Positions 51,449 through 60,619 of a stretch of DNA of 64,000 nucleotides are shown here, one piece after another. The notes under the pieces are model-generated. The model did not search any database. It saw only the letters and a program-made list of their open reading frames with translations, and was not told the DNA's origin. A program made the position numbers and the translations under genes. Positions within the stretch are counted from its first letter, which is position 1, and every line of letters begins with the position of its first letter. The stretch is from an uncultured Clostridium sp. (GTDB lineage Bacteria; Bacillota; Clostridia; TANB77; CAG-508). The stretch lies in NCBI GenBank assembly GCA_947575605.1, contig CANPNZ010000003.1:41665-105664 (forward strand), written 5' to 3'.

Positions 51449-52105
51449 TTATTCCTCTTCTTTTCTCTTCTCTGCTAACTTTTTCTCAAAATAAGAAGTA
51501 ATTGCAATTAGGGACAATACATACACTGCCAATACCAATGGAATCGTTATCCTTCCAATTGGTATTCTTGCAATTGCCATAACACTTAACAAAGTAGCTT
51601 GTGCTACTATTAGTAAAGCAACTGTTTCTAGCAAGGTTTTGATCATACCTAATTTATAATAGCGAATTGCCATATATACTAATATAATAATGGTTGCGAT
51701 AGCAAAAGGCATAATATATGGTCTTACAATATCTCTTCCTCTTGTATGAGGAATATTGGTTATTTGTATACTATCTGTTGTTAGCTCTAATCCATATTTT
51801 TCATTCACTTTATTGATAAGATTACTTTTTTGTTCTTCTGTCATTTCTTTTGCCAAAATACTAACGGTATCTTCAAACACTTCTACTTTTTGAATCACCA
51901 CTGCTTGGTTTGGTAATACTTCATCTGTTATTTGTTTGATATCTCCTATTTGAAAATCTTTTTCTAAATATAATTGTATACTTTTTGCTTCTTGATATCT
52001 TAAATCAAAATTCAAACCGATTGTAAAGGTAACAATCATTCCTGCTATGATTATCATTGCTATCAAAATTGCTAATATTTTTGTTTTTTTGTTCATTTCT
52101 TTCAT
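51449..52105 (-). CDS. SecF-like protein-export membrane protein (short form)
   Basis: N-terminal TM, periplasmic-type domain, C-terminal TM bundle. It lies directly after the SecD-like gene (2-nt gap). The assignment rests on architecture. Confidence 0.5.
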   Translation of the reverse strand: MKEMNKKTKILAILIAMIIIAGMIVTFTIGLNFDLRYQEAKSIQLYLEKDFQIGDIKQITDEVLPNQAVVIQKVEVFEDTVSILAKEMTEEQKSNLINKVNEKYGLELTTDSIQITNIPHTRGRDIVRPYIMPFAIATIIILVYMAIRYYKLGMIKTLLETVALLIVAQATLLSVMAIARIPIGRITIPLVLAVYVLSLIAITSYFEKKLAEKRKEEE

Positions 52106-52107
52106 CT

Positions 52108-53544
52108 TTACTTTTCCTTTCCTGTTTCTATTTTTAATAAACTATTGGTTACAGCTATGTTATAAAGAACAATTAAAACAATCCCCCAGAACATTGCCAT
52201 ACCAAAGCTACTAATTGGTGTCCATCTAATAAAGCAGAAAGTAATTACTAGGATGATGATTGGTATTATTTTGATAAAGAAATTTTTATACACTTCTTTT
52301 CTATCTTCCTTTTGGGTTAATAATTTATTTACTAAAATATAATTTAATGCTAAAGCTACTACCATTCCGAAAAAGCCCTCTAGTGCTAGCACAACATTCG
52401 TATAACGAACGATTATCATATATAAAGACACAAAACCGATATAAGAAATAACACCTAATGCCCCTAATGCTTTATATCTCACTATCCATACTATTAAGGC
52501 TATCACTACAACGGCTAATACAATATAAATAGCTAATTCCGTTTCATTTTCTGTGATATCAGATAATATATATTGATTACTGTTGACATCATATTTTACG
52601 GGTATGTTTCCTGTATCTAAAACTGTTGCCATACTAGAAGCTTGGTCGATATAGCCTTGTAAGGTATCTTTATCGTTTGAGGCAGAACCAATAGATAATT
52701 GTAATTTTCCTGTTCTTACTGGTTCTTCAAAACTAGTTGACATGATTTCATTATCATCAATATTCATGGTTATCTTCTTTTCATTTGTCGCTTCTGTATT
52801 GGTGGCATTTTCTTCTGAAGTTGTGTTTTCTTCTGTCGTCGTATTTTCTTGTGAAGTTGTGTTTTGCGTTGCTTCATTTTCTGTTTTTCTATATTGATTA
52901 CTAATTTCTTCTAATTTTTTACTACCTTCTTTATTAAATTCAATATCTAAATATACAGTCGTTCCATTATTGGCACTTGTACTATTATTTCCTGAACCAT
53001 ACATGACTTTTGCTTGTTTAATATCTTGATTATTTAATAAAACCTCTTTTGTTTCACTATCGATAATTTGAAATTTACCTACTGTGCTTAAATTACTAAC
53101 TACATGGTCTGTGTTTTCATTTTCTGGTAATTCAATTACAATGTCTCCTGTTTCTTCTTCTAATTTTATAATGTAGTTACTAACACCCAATTTTTGTAAT
53201 CTTTTCTCAATTACTTTTTGAGAAGTTTTATAATTTTCAATGTTTTTCACTTCTTCTCCATTTTTTGCTTTTTCTTCTTTTGTATATCCTTTTTCAGCAA
53301 TCTCTTCGTCTGTTAAGTTAGCACTATCTTCTACCTTATTTCCTTCTGCATCCTTTATTGTTGTTTCCGTTTCTGTATTTACTTTTAATCGAATATTTCT
53401 ACTTCCTTTTAAATCCATAGCCAAGTCATATTCTCTTACTTGGTTTTCCATTCTATTTTGTACTGGTATATAAACCCCAAAAAACGCAATCATGGTAACT
53501 GCTACTATAACTAATGTAATGGTTAATATTTTAATTTTTTTCAT
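52108..53544 (-). CDS. SecD-like protein-export membrane protein (divergent)
   Basis: AMDLKGSRNIRLKV resembles the SecD GLDLKGG motif. LALEGFFGMVVALALNYILVNKL resembles LTLPGIAG..GMAVDANVLIFER. Confidence 0.55.
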   Translation of the reverse strand: MKKIKILTITLVIVAVTMIAFFGVYIPVQNRMENQVREYDLAMDLKGSRNIRLKVNTETETTIKDAEGNKVEDSANLTDEEIAEKGYTKEEKAKNGEEVKNIENYKTSQKVIEKRLQKLGVSNYIIKLEEETGDIVIELPENENTDHVVSNLSTVGKFQIIDSETKEVLLNNQDIKQAKVMYGSGNNSTSANNGTTVYLDIEFNKEGSKKLEEISNQYRKTENEATQNTTSQENTTTEENTTSEENATNTEATNEKKITMNIDDNEIMSTSFEEPVRTGKLQLSIGSASNDKDTLQGYIDQASSMATVLDTGNIPVKYDVNSNQYILSDITENETELAIYIVLAVVVIALIVWIVRYKALGALGVISYIGFVSLYMIIVRYTNVVLALEGFFGMVVALALNYILVNKLLTQKEDRKEVYKNFFIKIIPIIILVITFCFIRWTPISSFGMAMFWGIVLIVLYNIAVTNSLLKIETGKEK

Positions 53545-53562
53545 TTTTTCCTACTCCTCCAT

Positions 53563-54223
53563 TTATAATAATTTCGTATCGTTGATTACTAATTCAAACC
53601 ATATTTTTAAATATTTGGCTGCATATTTACTCATCATCGTTCGATCCATAAAAATTTCAAAATAGTCTAATACAGGACATATTTGGGTATCGATGGTTAG
53701 ATTTAGTATTACTTTTCTGTCTTTACTATCAATTTTTAATTCCGCATTAGATACGGCATAATTCACTCTATCATGTATATCAAAAGTGGATAAATTCATA
53801 TTGGAAACTCTGTTTCTATGCACATCTGATTTATCCGCTAAAATGAGAGCTGCTGAAATATCACTGACTGCTGTTCCTGTCTGTTCATCATGATTTCCAA
53901 TTGCCATCATAATTTCTGTTCTTTCTTCTACTGGCATGCCCATGTCTTTTAAAATATGATAGGCCAATATGGCTCCACTATGTGCATGGTCGGTACGATT
54001 GACACAATTCCCAATGTCATGTAAATACCCTGCAATTCTAGCAAGTTCAATGGTTCTTTCTGGATAGCCTAGTGTGTCTAAAATATCTCCTGCCCTTTGT
54101 GAAACAATAGAAATATGCCTATGACTATGTTCTGTGTATCCGAAGACCATCTAATTGTTTTTGTGCTCCTTGAATTAAGGCTTCTACCTCTTTATTTTCT
54201 ATTACGTCTTGTAAGGTTATCAT
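53563..54223 (-). pseudogene. HD-domain phosphohydrolase with a +1 frame break at 54142
   Basis: GYLHDIGN HD motif. ATG 54223 (AGGAGG upstream) gives MITLQDVIENKEVEALIQGAQKQLDGL; skipping one C continues GYTEHSHRHISIV. Confidence 0.8.
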
Positions 54224-54296
54224 TTTATTTTGCCTCCTATTTTTTGTCTTTCTCAATTTTATCTTAAATTATAAAAAATATCAACTCTTTTTACAA

Positions 54297-54470
54297 TAAA
54301 TTTGTGCAAATTAATACTATTTTTGTTACAATTCACTGCTAGAGTTACTTATATATACAAAATTTATTATATTTTTATAAAATAACTATTTTATAAAAAT
54401 GCTAATAAATTTTGTTAGTATTATTTTTACTGTGTATTGTAACCTATTTTTATTAATTTGCACAAATTTA
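54297..54470. repeat. Long AT-rich palindrome with about 40-nt arms
   Basis: TAAATTTGTGCAAATTAATACTATTTTTGTTACAATTCACTG ... CTGTGTATTGTAACCTATTTTTATTAATTTGCACAAATTTA. Confidence 0.8.
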
Positions 54471-54495
54471 CTCGTATTCATACATAAGAACAAAA

Positions 54496-54542
54496 GGGGC
54501 ATTCTAAAATTTTTTTAACTTTTTAGCTAGCTTACATGCCCC
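54496..54542 (-). terminator. Hairpin with flanking A/T runs (bidirectional terminator shape)
   Basis: GGGGCAT-33 nt-ATGCCCC, with AAAA before and TTTTT after. The loop is long. Confidence 0.4.
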
Positions 54543-54607
54543 ATTTTTGTTTGTCCGTGAAAATTCTTTAAAGCTTTTCTGTTCCCTGTATCTTTTTGTA
54601 TTTTAAT

Positions 54608-55216
54608 TTACTCTCCTCTTGCACAAATAGTAAAATTGTATTGTTTGATTTTTTGTGCATCTTTCGTATCTTGTATATCTTCTATTTTGCTTGTTTCGTA
54701 TTCCCACCTCCAATGTATGATAATTCTTTTATGGTTCGTCATTTCTCCTTTCAATTCTTCTTCCATATCTTCTAACTTAGCATATTTTCTATCTTTTCCT
54801 TCTATTTGAAAATTTAAATTTTGTGGTTTTTCATTTTGACTCTTAAATTTGATTTGATAATTAATTTTCTGATTGGTTTGTAAAACTATTTCAAACGTTC
54901 CTTCTGTTCCTGGTGCTATTTTTTCGTGAACTTGTGTCTTTTGATTTATGGTATCAGCTAAATAAATATCTTTAAAATCAATATTTTTATACGATACCTC
55001 AAAACAATAGGATGGATGCGGTTCATTGTCTTGATTTCTTTGATTTTTTGATAGAAGTGTATTTTCCTTTTCTCCTCTTCCAGAAGAAAACCATTTGAAA
55101 AAAATAAGTTCCTCTTGAAATTTATTGTTTGGATATTTTTTGTTTAGAAATAAAAAAATGACTATTATTATAATTAGAATCACTAATAAAAATGTTTTTC
55201 TTTTTCGTTTCTTCAT
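54608..55216 (-). CDS. Secreted/anchored protein, paralog of 56111-56698 (TasA/camelysin-like fold suspected)
   Basis: N-terminal TM. Shares KIAPGTxGxFxI, NYxIKF, PxNLxF and IxWxWxYET with the 56111 gene. AAGGAGG RBS. Confidence 0.7.
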   Translation of the reverse strand: MKKRKRKTFLLVILIIIIVIFLFLNKKYPNNKFQEELIFFKWFSSGRGEKENTLLSKNQRNQDNEPHPSYCFEVSYKNIDFKDIYLADTINQKTQVHEKIAPGTEGTFEIVLQTNQKINYQIKFKSQNEKPQNLNFQIEGKDRKYAKLEDMEEELKGEMTNHKRIIIHWRWEYETSKIEDIQDTKDAQKIKQYNFTICARGE

Positions 55217-55231
55217 ATTGCTTGTGCCTCC

Positions 55232-55744
55232 TTACTTTTTTAATTGCTCAGAATGCACTTTTATTTGAACTTCTTGAAAAATGTCCCTTGTAGGTATCCC
55301 TTTGGTTTTATCATAAATAATTTGTAGTTGATAGCTGTCCTCTTGTCTATTTTCTTTTTGTAATTTCATATTACCTGTTTGGTTATTTTCTAGTGGAATT
55401 TCTTGATTATCTTTATATAATTTAAAAGAAATGGCTTCTTCTGTTTGTGCTATAATTTCAATATTGTATTGTAAATCAATTTGGGTGACTTCTCCATTTT
55501 CTCTATAATTTTTCACTTTAAAATCATAGTATTCCTTCTGTTTTTTTCCATTTATTTCAATTACTGGATTATTTTCTACTGTTAATATTGGTTCTGCTAT
55601 TTTACTACTTGCTTCTATATTGGTATTACTGTATTCTTTTCCCATACTGTATCCCGAAAAGAATAATACTAATACCATGATACTTACTAAAATAAGTGTT
55701 ATTTCTCTTCTTTTTATTTTTAGTGGGATTTTTGCTTTTCTCAT
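55232..55744 (-). CDS. Secreted/anchored small protein (170 aa)
   Basis: Signal anchor and beta-rich body. GGGAGGAATGA-ATG RBS. Confidence 0.65.
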   Translation of the reverse strand: MRKAKIPLKIKRREITLILVSIMVLVLFFSGYSMGKEYSNTNIEASSKIAEPILTVENNPVIEINGKKQKEYYDFKVKNYRENGEVTQIDLQYNIEIIAQTEEAISFKLYKDNQEIPLENNQTGNMKLQKENRQEDSYQLQIIYDKTKGIPTRDIFQEVQIKVHSEQLKK

Positions 55745-55806
55745 TCATTCCTCCCTTTTGCTATTTTTGTTTCGTTTTAATTTACATGGTAAGACAAGTA
55801 ATTTTC

Positions 55807-55989
55807 AAGTTTCGGCCTTTGTAAGTAAAGATTATGATATATAATTTTAAAACACTGCGTAAGCGACCAAACGAGCTATGCGAGTGCGATTGGAGCAACC
55901 GACAGATATTTTTTAAATTTGGTAGGTTGCGACACACAAAGTGTAAAAAAATTATATATCATAATCTTTACTTACAAAGGCCGAAACTT
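55807..55989. repeat. Family-A palindromic element, copy A2, with an extra hairpin inserted in its core
   Basis: Ends AAGTTTCGGCCTTTGTAAG... / ...CTTACAAAGGCCGAAACTT. The core TAAGCGACCAAACGAG and GCGACACACAAAGTG are separated by a 52-nt insert carrying GCAACC...GGTTGC. Confidence 0.85.
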
Positions 55990-56110
55990 AAACCTTACTT
56001 TTTATTGACAAATAAAATAAAAATATAATATAGAATAAAGGTGTACTTTTACCATATAAATCAATACTATTTCTTACATTTTCAATCTTCTATTCTTTCT
56101 AATCATTTTC

Positions 56111-56698
56111 CTATGTTTGTGGTACCACTTGTGTACCTGAAACAATCACCTTGAAAGTATAAGTAGCAATATCTTGTGCATTTTGTGTATCGATTTTGTC
56201 ATTTTCTGCTATTTCTGTTTCATTGTTTCCTGTTTCGTAATCCCATTTCCAATTAATTGTTAAAGTTTTCATTTTGTTTTCATCATTGGCATGAATCGTT
56301 CCTGATAAATTGTTTTGTAATTCATCAACAGAACTGTATTCTTGCCCGTCATAGATAAATTTTAAATTGGTTGGTTTGGTACTCTCTTCTGTAAATTTAA
56401 TACTATAATTAATCCCTACATCAGAGCCTGTTCCGTCTACCATAATATTAAAACTCCCCTTTGTGCCTGGTGCTATTTTATTATTTACTAATGTTTCATT
56501 ATCGCAAGTAGAAGCTAATTGAATGGTTTGTACTTGTTCTTGCTGTCCATTAACTTTAAAACTCCAGGTTGCAACTTCTGCTATTCCATCTCCTCTTACT
56601 TCTGATACATATTTAGAATAACTTTGACCTCCTATAAAGGATACAATAACACAAGATAAAAGAGCTATTATGGCTGTAATTTTTTTCTTTTTGCTCAA
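56111..56698 (-). CDS. Secreted protein with a SipW-type-like signal peptide, TasA/camelysin-like
   Basis: TTG start at 56698, 8 nt after AGGAGG: MSKKKKITAIIALLSCVIVSFIGGQSYSKY. KIAPGTKGSFNIMV motif. The ORF-track N-terminal extension has no RBS. Confidence 0.7.
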   Translation of the reverse strand: MSKKKKITAIIALLSCVIVSFIGGQSYSKYVSEVRGDGIAEVATWSFKVNGQQEQVQTIQLASTCDNETLVNNKIAPGTKGSFNIMVDGTGSDVGINYSIKFTEESTKPTNLKFIYDGQEYSSVDELQNNLSGTIHANDENKMKTLTINWKWDYETGNNETEIAENDKIDTQNAQDIATYTFKVIVSGTQVVPQT

Positions 56699-56850
56699 TA
56701 AGCATGCCTCCTCTCTTTTTAAAAAATTTTTTGTTTGGATTTTTTTCGATAAAATTTTCGAATTAAAATTTCTTTGAATGAATATAGAAATTTGAAAATG
56801 TATACACATTATAATCCCATTTTCTGGAATTGTCAATTACTTTTCATCGC

Positions 56851-57342
56851 AAGTTTCGACATTTTTTGAGATTTGCCAAAAGTCCAAACTTGAAAAATTT
56901 TGTTTAAGTTTCGGTTCTTTGAAAAGCTTGGTTCCCCCTCCTCTTGGTATGAATATCATCTATTTTATTCGTATCGCTTGATTGAAACAAGAAATAGAAA
57001 TTGTTAAGTAAGAAAATGAGGGACGTTCAAGGCAAGACAGTATTCTATCCTTCTCATAAATTCAGTGATTTCTTACATAAATCAAGAAATTCTAGAATCA
57101 TTTTATGGCACCCTTCCACGCACAACGCGTGAACTCTTTCCATAAAATGATTTAAGAATTTCTAAATTTATTCCAGTCACACACTTCATTTATTCAAAAG
57201 ATAGAATGCTGTCTTGAACGTGAAAGCGGCTCATTTTCTTACTTTACAATTTCTTTTCAAGTGGAATGAACAAGATACGAATAAAATAGATGATATTCAT
57301 ACCAAGAGGAGGGGGAACGAATCTTTTCAAAAAACCGAAACT
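56851..57342. repeat. Family-B nested palindrome, copy B3 (437-bp palindrome 56906-57342, core 57085-57162 in reverse orientation), plus a solo family-A-like end at 56851
   Basis: AAGTTTCGGTTCTTTGAAAAG...CCTCTTGGTATGAATATCATC mirrored by GATGATATTCATACCAAGAGG...CAAAAAACCGAAACT. Centre ATGGCACCCTTCCACGCACAACGCGTGAACTCTTTCCAT. Confidence 0.9.
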
Positions 57343-57461
57343 AAAAAAAATTTAGCTCTTGACTTTTCCAATTTTTTACATTATAATGTTTTATATTTTC
57401 TATCTTTTATTTCTTAAATTTCCCCTTAAAATTATATATAAACTGAAAGGAGGCACGTTTA

Positions 57462-58815
57462 TTGCACAAAAAAACAAAAATTTTTATTGCTTTATTTTTT
57501 ATCTTTATTTTTAATATCTTTTCTCAAACTGCTTCGGCAAAATATGTAATAGAAGATATCCAACTGGTAGCCAAAATAGATATTGATCGATGCAAGCCTG
57601 ATATTGAACTTATGGATATTACTTCTTCGAATACTAATTATCCAACCTATGCCAATCAAAATCATTTAATCAGTGGACATCTCAAGATAATAGAAAAAAA
57701 TATTACTCGAAATGATTTATCCATAGACAATATAAAAGTTATGGTTAATCATGATTTGGTTACTCCTGAATTTAAAAGCTTTTTTCTAGTTTCTGAAAAT
57801 ACTGCTGAAAAAATATACGAATTTTCTTTTACACACACAATTAGTAATGGTTCTTTAAACCTAATGATTCCAGAAGGGATAGTAGAGGATAAATCACGGT
57901 TTAACCAATGAGAAAAAAACTTTTACAACAAATCTAATCATTGATAATATTCCTCCCAATGGCTCATGGAAAGAAACTTCTATTGCTGATGGTAAATCCA
58001 AAGCAGAAATAACTTGTAACGAAGCAATACGACCTATTGTTGGTTGGAATATCTCTAATAATCATCAATTGTTATCAAAGGAATTTCCCATTTCCGTATC
58101 TTATCCTTTACCAATTATGGATTTTGCTGAAAATTCTTCTGAAGTCATGGTTAACATTCAAAATGCAACTTATGTTTCTCTTTACTATGGTGCTTATGAT
58201 GAATACACCAATAAAACAACCATTGTTTCTGGTGGGAAAATATCAGACTCTAGCACTATTTCCTCTAATACCATTTGCAAAACAGAAGCTATTTACATCA
58301 GAACCGTTGGTCTTCCTTTAGCAAATTGTTTACAAGCAAGAGCTTATCTTCATACTTATTGGGGAGAAGGTGCTCGTTCTTTTTGCCTATATTCAGAACT
58401 TCCCTATTATCATGGTTACAATCCTACTAATACTTCCAATTGGTGGAATGTTAATTATGAAAATGGTCTTAACTACTTAAAGAATTTTTATACACAATTA
58501 GGAGGAATTGGCGTAAATAGACCGAATAAAACTTCTTCTATTTATAAACCCATTCCCCCTGATATTGCCAAACAATACTTATATGGCATCTCTGGCATTC
58601 AATTCAAATTTAAAAATTCTTCTGATTTATCTGTGGTTTATCAATCTTATGTAAAAGATGTTGGTTGGTTACCTGTTTCTTCTGATGGAGAAGAAAACTT
58701 GTATCAACATGATAAGCCTATTTCTGCCCTTCGTGTTAATTTTGTTCCTAAGACAGAAAAACAATATTTAATAGATTTCTGGAATCGTGATATGGGAACC
58801 AATCATCTTGATTAA
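57462..58815 (+). pseudogene. Secreted protein of about 450 aa with a C-terminal ChW-like repeat, broken by a +1 frame break at 57897
   Basis: Signal peptide MHKKTKIFIALFFIFIFNIFSQTASA. Skipping C57897 joins ...GIVEDKS to GLTNEKKTFTTNLIIDNIPPNGSW... in the frame of ORF 58069-58815. YVKDVGWLPVSSDGEE is ChW-like. Confidence 0.7.
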
Positions 58816-58816
58816 T

Positions 58817-59182
58817 CTATTTTTTGTTTACACCAATAATTCCACCCAAAATTCCAAATATCATTCCAACTACTATCATAACGATACTTTGTATTTCTAA
58901 TCCAAATTTCCAATTTAAAATACTAGAAATTAAATAGATGGTAAAAATATAAAGTCCCCCTATTATCGCTCCATTTACTAACCCATTCTTTTTTATTTTT
59001 AGATTTCCAATGGAACTTCCTATTAAGATACTAATAGCAGTTATGACTATAATGACAGGATTTATGATGGTTTCACTTATTTCTGTATAAGTAAGCATAG
59101 TTGCAAATATTAGTAATAAGATAAAGGTGGTAAGTAAGGATATTCCTACTCCTTTGGCAATATTGTTGATGGTTTTTTCCAT
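58817..59182 (-). CDS. Small membrane protein (TIGR04086/YrzE-like)
   Basis: Four TM helices with a G-rich pattern; 121 aa. Confidence 0.6.
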   Translation of the reverse strand: MEKTINNIAKGVGISLLTTFILLLIFATMLTYTEISETIINPVIIVITAISILIGSSIGNLKIKKNGLVNGAIIGGLYIFTIYLISSILNWKFGLEIQSIVMIVVGMIFGILGGIIGVNKK

Positions 59183-59225
59183 TTTTTCTCTCCTTTTTGC
59201 TTTTTGTTTAATTTATATGTAGTAT

Positions 59226-59256
59226 AAAAAAAAAATAGAACTTTTCGAATAAGTTC
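59226..59256 (-). terminator. Terminator after the DUF4238-like gene
   Basis: GAACTT-attcgaa-AAGTTC followed by T10 on the minus strand. Confidence 0.6.
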
Positions 59257-59283
59257 CATTTTTAGTTAAATTTAATATTATTT

Positions 59284-60204
59284 TTATTTGATATATGTTT
59301 TTAATTCTATATCACTTTCAGCATATATTTGATTATATGCATTTCTTATCATTAAGTTATTATAAAATTGAATATCCTGTTCTTCTGTTATTACTTTATT
59401 TTTCATATTACTATCACTTGTCAATATAACTGCCATTGTTGGACTTACTGGATAATACCAATCCAATTCTTTTGGTTCTTCCGATAGTTCTGGATTAGAT
59501 TTTAGATTTATTATTGGCGAATCCGCTGTTATAAAGTGTCTTGCTGTTTTATTTTCCAACAAATTTAATTTCATTTTATTTTCTGTTATTCCAGCAAATA
59601 TGTGTGATGGCATTGTCATTAATAATAATACATATACATTTTCAAAATTAACTCCCTCTATTCCTTCTGTCATTTCTTTAATTCTTTGTTTACACCAGTT
59701 TGTTCTCATAAATTGAATAGCTAGATATTCATTAAAATTTTCGATATCTTCTTTCTTATTATAAAATGAAATATTACCATTTTTTATTTCTTCTAAATAC
59801 TGAATTGCTCCCTTTTCATTTTCACACATTTCATTTTCTATCATTTGTTTTCTTAAACTATCCCAATACTCTTCTGCTTCTTTACACACTCTCTTAGATG
59901 ATAATAATTTATATATATCAAAACCATATTTAATCATATCTATTAACTTTATAGCTTCTTCTTTTACTAATCCATTATTTATTTTATTTATAATTCCCTT
60001 TACTAGCCTAATTTCATTTTCATTGATTTCTTTCATCTCATAAAAATATCTTTCTTGAGCAACGTTCATTAAATTTGTAAAAAAGATTTTATTTTCATTC
60101 TTAAACAAACAATATATTTTTCCTTCTACTGAATTATTATTAGTCCATGCTGACAAATACTTTCTCCATACATAGTGTTGTTTTTTTACATTATTAAATT
60201 CCAT
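59284..60204 (-). CDS. DUF4238-like protein (306 aa)
   Basis: N-terminal KQHYVWRKYLSAW resembles the DUF4238 HYxPxxYLxxF signature. It is a single gene between a tRNA-fragment scar and a terminator. Confidence 0.55.
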   Translation of the reverse strand: MEFNNVKKQHYVWRKYLSAWTNNNSVEGKIYCLFKNENKIFFTNLMNVAQERYFYEMKEINENEIRLVKGIINKINNGLVKEEAIKLIDMIKYGFDIYKLLSSKRVCKEAEEYWDSLRKQMIENEMCENEKGAIQYLEEIKNGNISFYNKKEDIENFNEYLAIQFMRTNWCKQRIKEMTEGIEGVNFENVYVLLLMTMPSHIFAGITENKMKLNLLENKTARHFITADSPIINLKSNPELSEEPKELDWYYPVSPTMAVILTSDSNMKNKVITEEQDIQFYNNLMIRNAYNQIYAESDIELKTYIK

Positions 60205-60254
60205 ATTTTCTCCCTTCTTATTCTATTATTTTTTATGCGAATAAAACTTATAAC

Positions 60255-60276
60255 GGTTGGGCTGGCTAGATTTGAA
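60255..60276 (-). other. Duplicated 3-prime end of tRNA-Gln (att-like scar)
   Basis: GGTTGGGCTGGCTAGATTTGAA versus GGCTGGGCTGGCTAGATTCGAA of the intact gene (60397-60418). Homology starts inside the T-loop. Confidence 0.7.
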
Positions 60277-60357
60277 TCCCCTTCGAGGACTTCCTCGCTT
60301 CGCTCACATCGCCGCGTGCCTTCGGCTCGCTATTTCTTCTTACTTGTCAGTTCTTCC

Positions 60358-60386
60358 AAAAATAAAAACGATAGCTTCACTATCGT
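60358..60386 (-). terminator. Terminator after the tRNA operon
   Basis: ACGATAG-tgaag-CTATCGT followed by TTTTTATTTTT on the minus strand. Confidence 0.75.
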
Positions 60387-60395
60387 CCTTATTTT

Positions 60396-60470
60396 TGGCT
60401 GGGCTGGCTAGATTCGAACTAGCGCATGGTAGAGTCAAAGTCTACTGCCTTACCGCTTGGCTACAGCCCA
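60396..60470 (-). tRNA. tRNA-Gln (anticodon UUG)
   Basis: Manual cloverleaf: acceptor UGGGCUG/CAGCCCA, D stem GCC/GGC, anticodon arm GUAGA-CUUUGAC-UCUAC, T arm GCUAG-UUCGAAU-CUAGC, encoded CCA. Confidence 0.9.
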
Positions 60471-60503
60471 ATGTATTTAAATTATCATTTAGCTTATATA
60501 AAA

Positions 60504-60581
60504 TGGGGTGGAAGATGGGACTCGAACCCACGATCTCCAGTGCCACAAACTGGCGCGTTAACCAGCTACGCCACATCCACC
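60504..60581 (-). tRNA. tRNA-His (anticodon GUG) with G-1
   Basis: Extra 5-prime G opposite C73, D stem GCGU/ACGC, anticodon arm CCAGU-UUGUGGC-ACUGG, T arm GUGGG-UUCGAGU-CCCAU, encoded CCA. Confidence 0.9.
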
Positions 60582-60619
60582 ATTAACGTGTTTATCCATT
60601 CACAATAAACACATTAATT

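Noticed and set aside
55834-56028. ORFs inside repeat elements (55834-56028 in A2, 57214-57417 in B3, 23743-24027 across the REP cluster, 40404-40664 upstream of the recombinase).
   Set aside because: They are open by chance within palindromic or repeat DNA. They have no RBS and their mirror-image arms would encode unrelated peptides.
60282-60360. The GC-rich segment as SRP RNA, 6S RNA, tmRNA or a long-arm tRNA.
   Set aside because: There is no SRP helix-8 GGAA/AGCA motif and no tag ORF or tRNA-like acceptor pairing. The T-arm 5-prime strand does not pair (GGGGA versus CUAGC). It is kept only as an unexplained structured segment.
60257-60608. Three plus-strand ORFs (60175-60411, 60257-60586, 60426-60608).
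   Set aside because: They run antisense through tRNA-His, tRNA-Gln and the GC-rich scar. They stay open only because of the GC-rich tRNA sequence.
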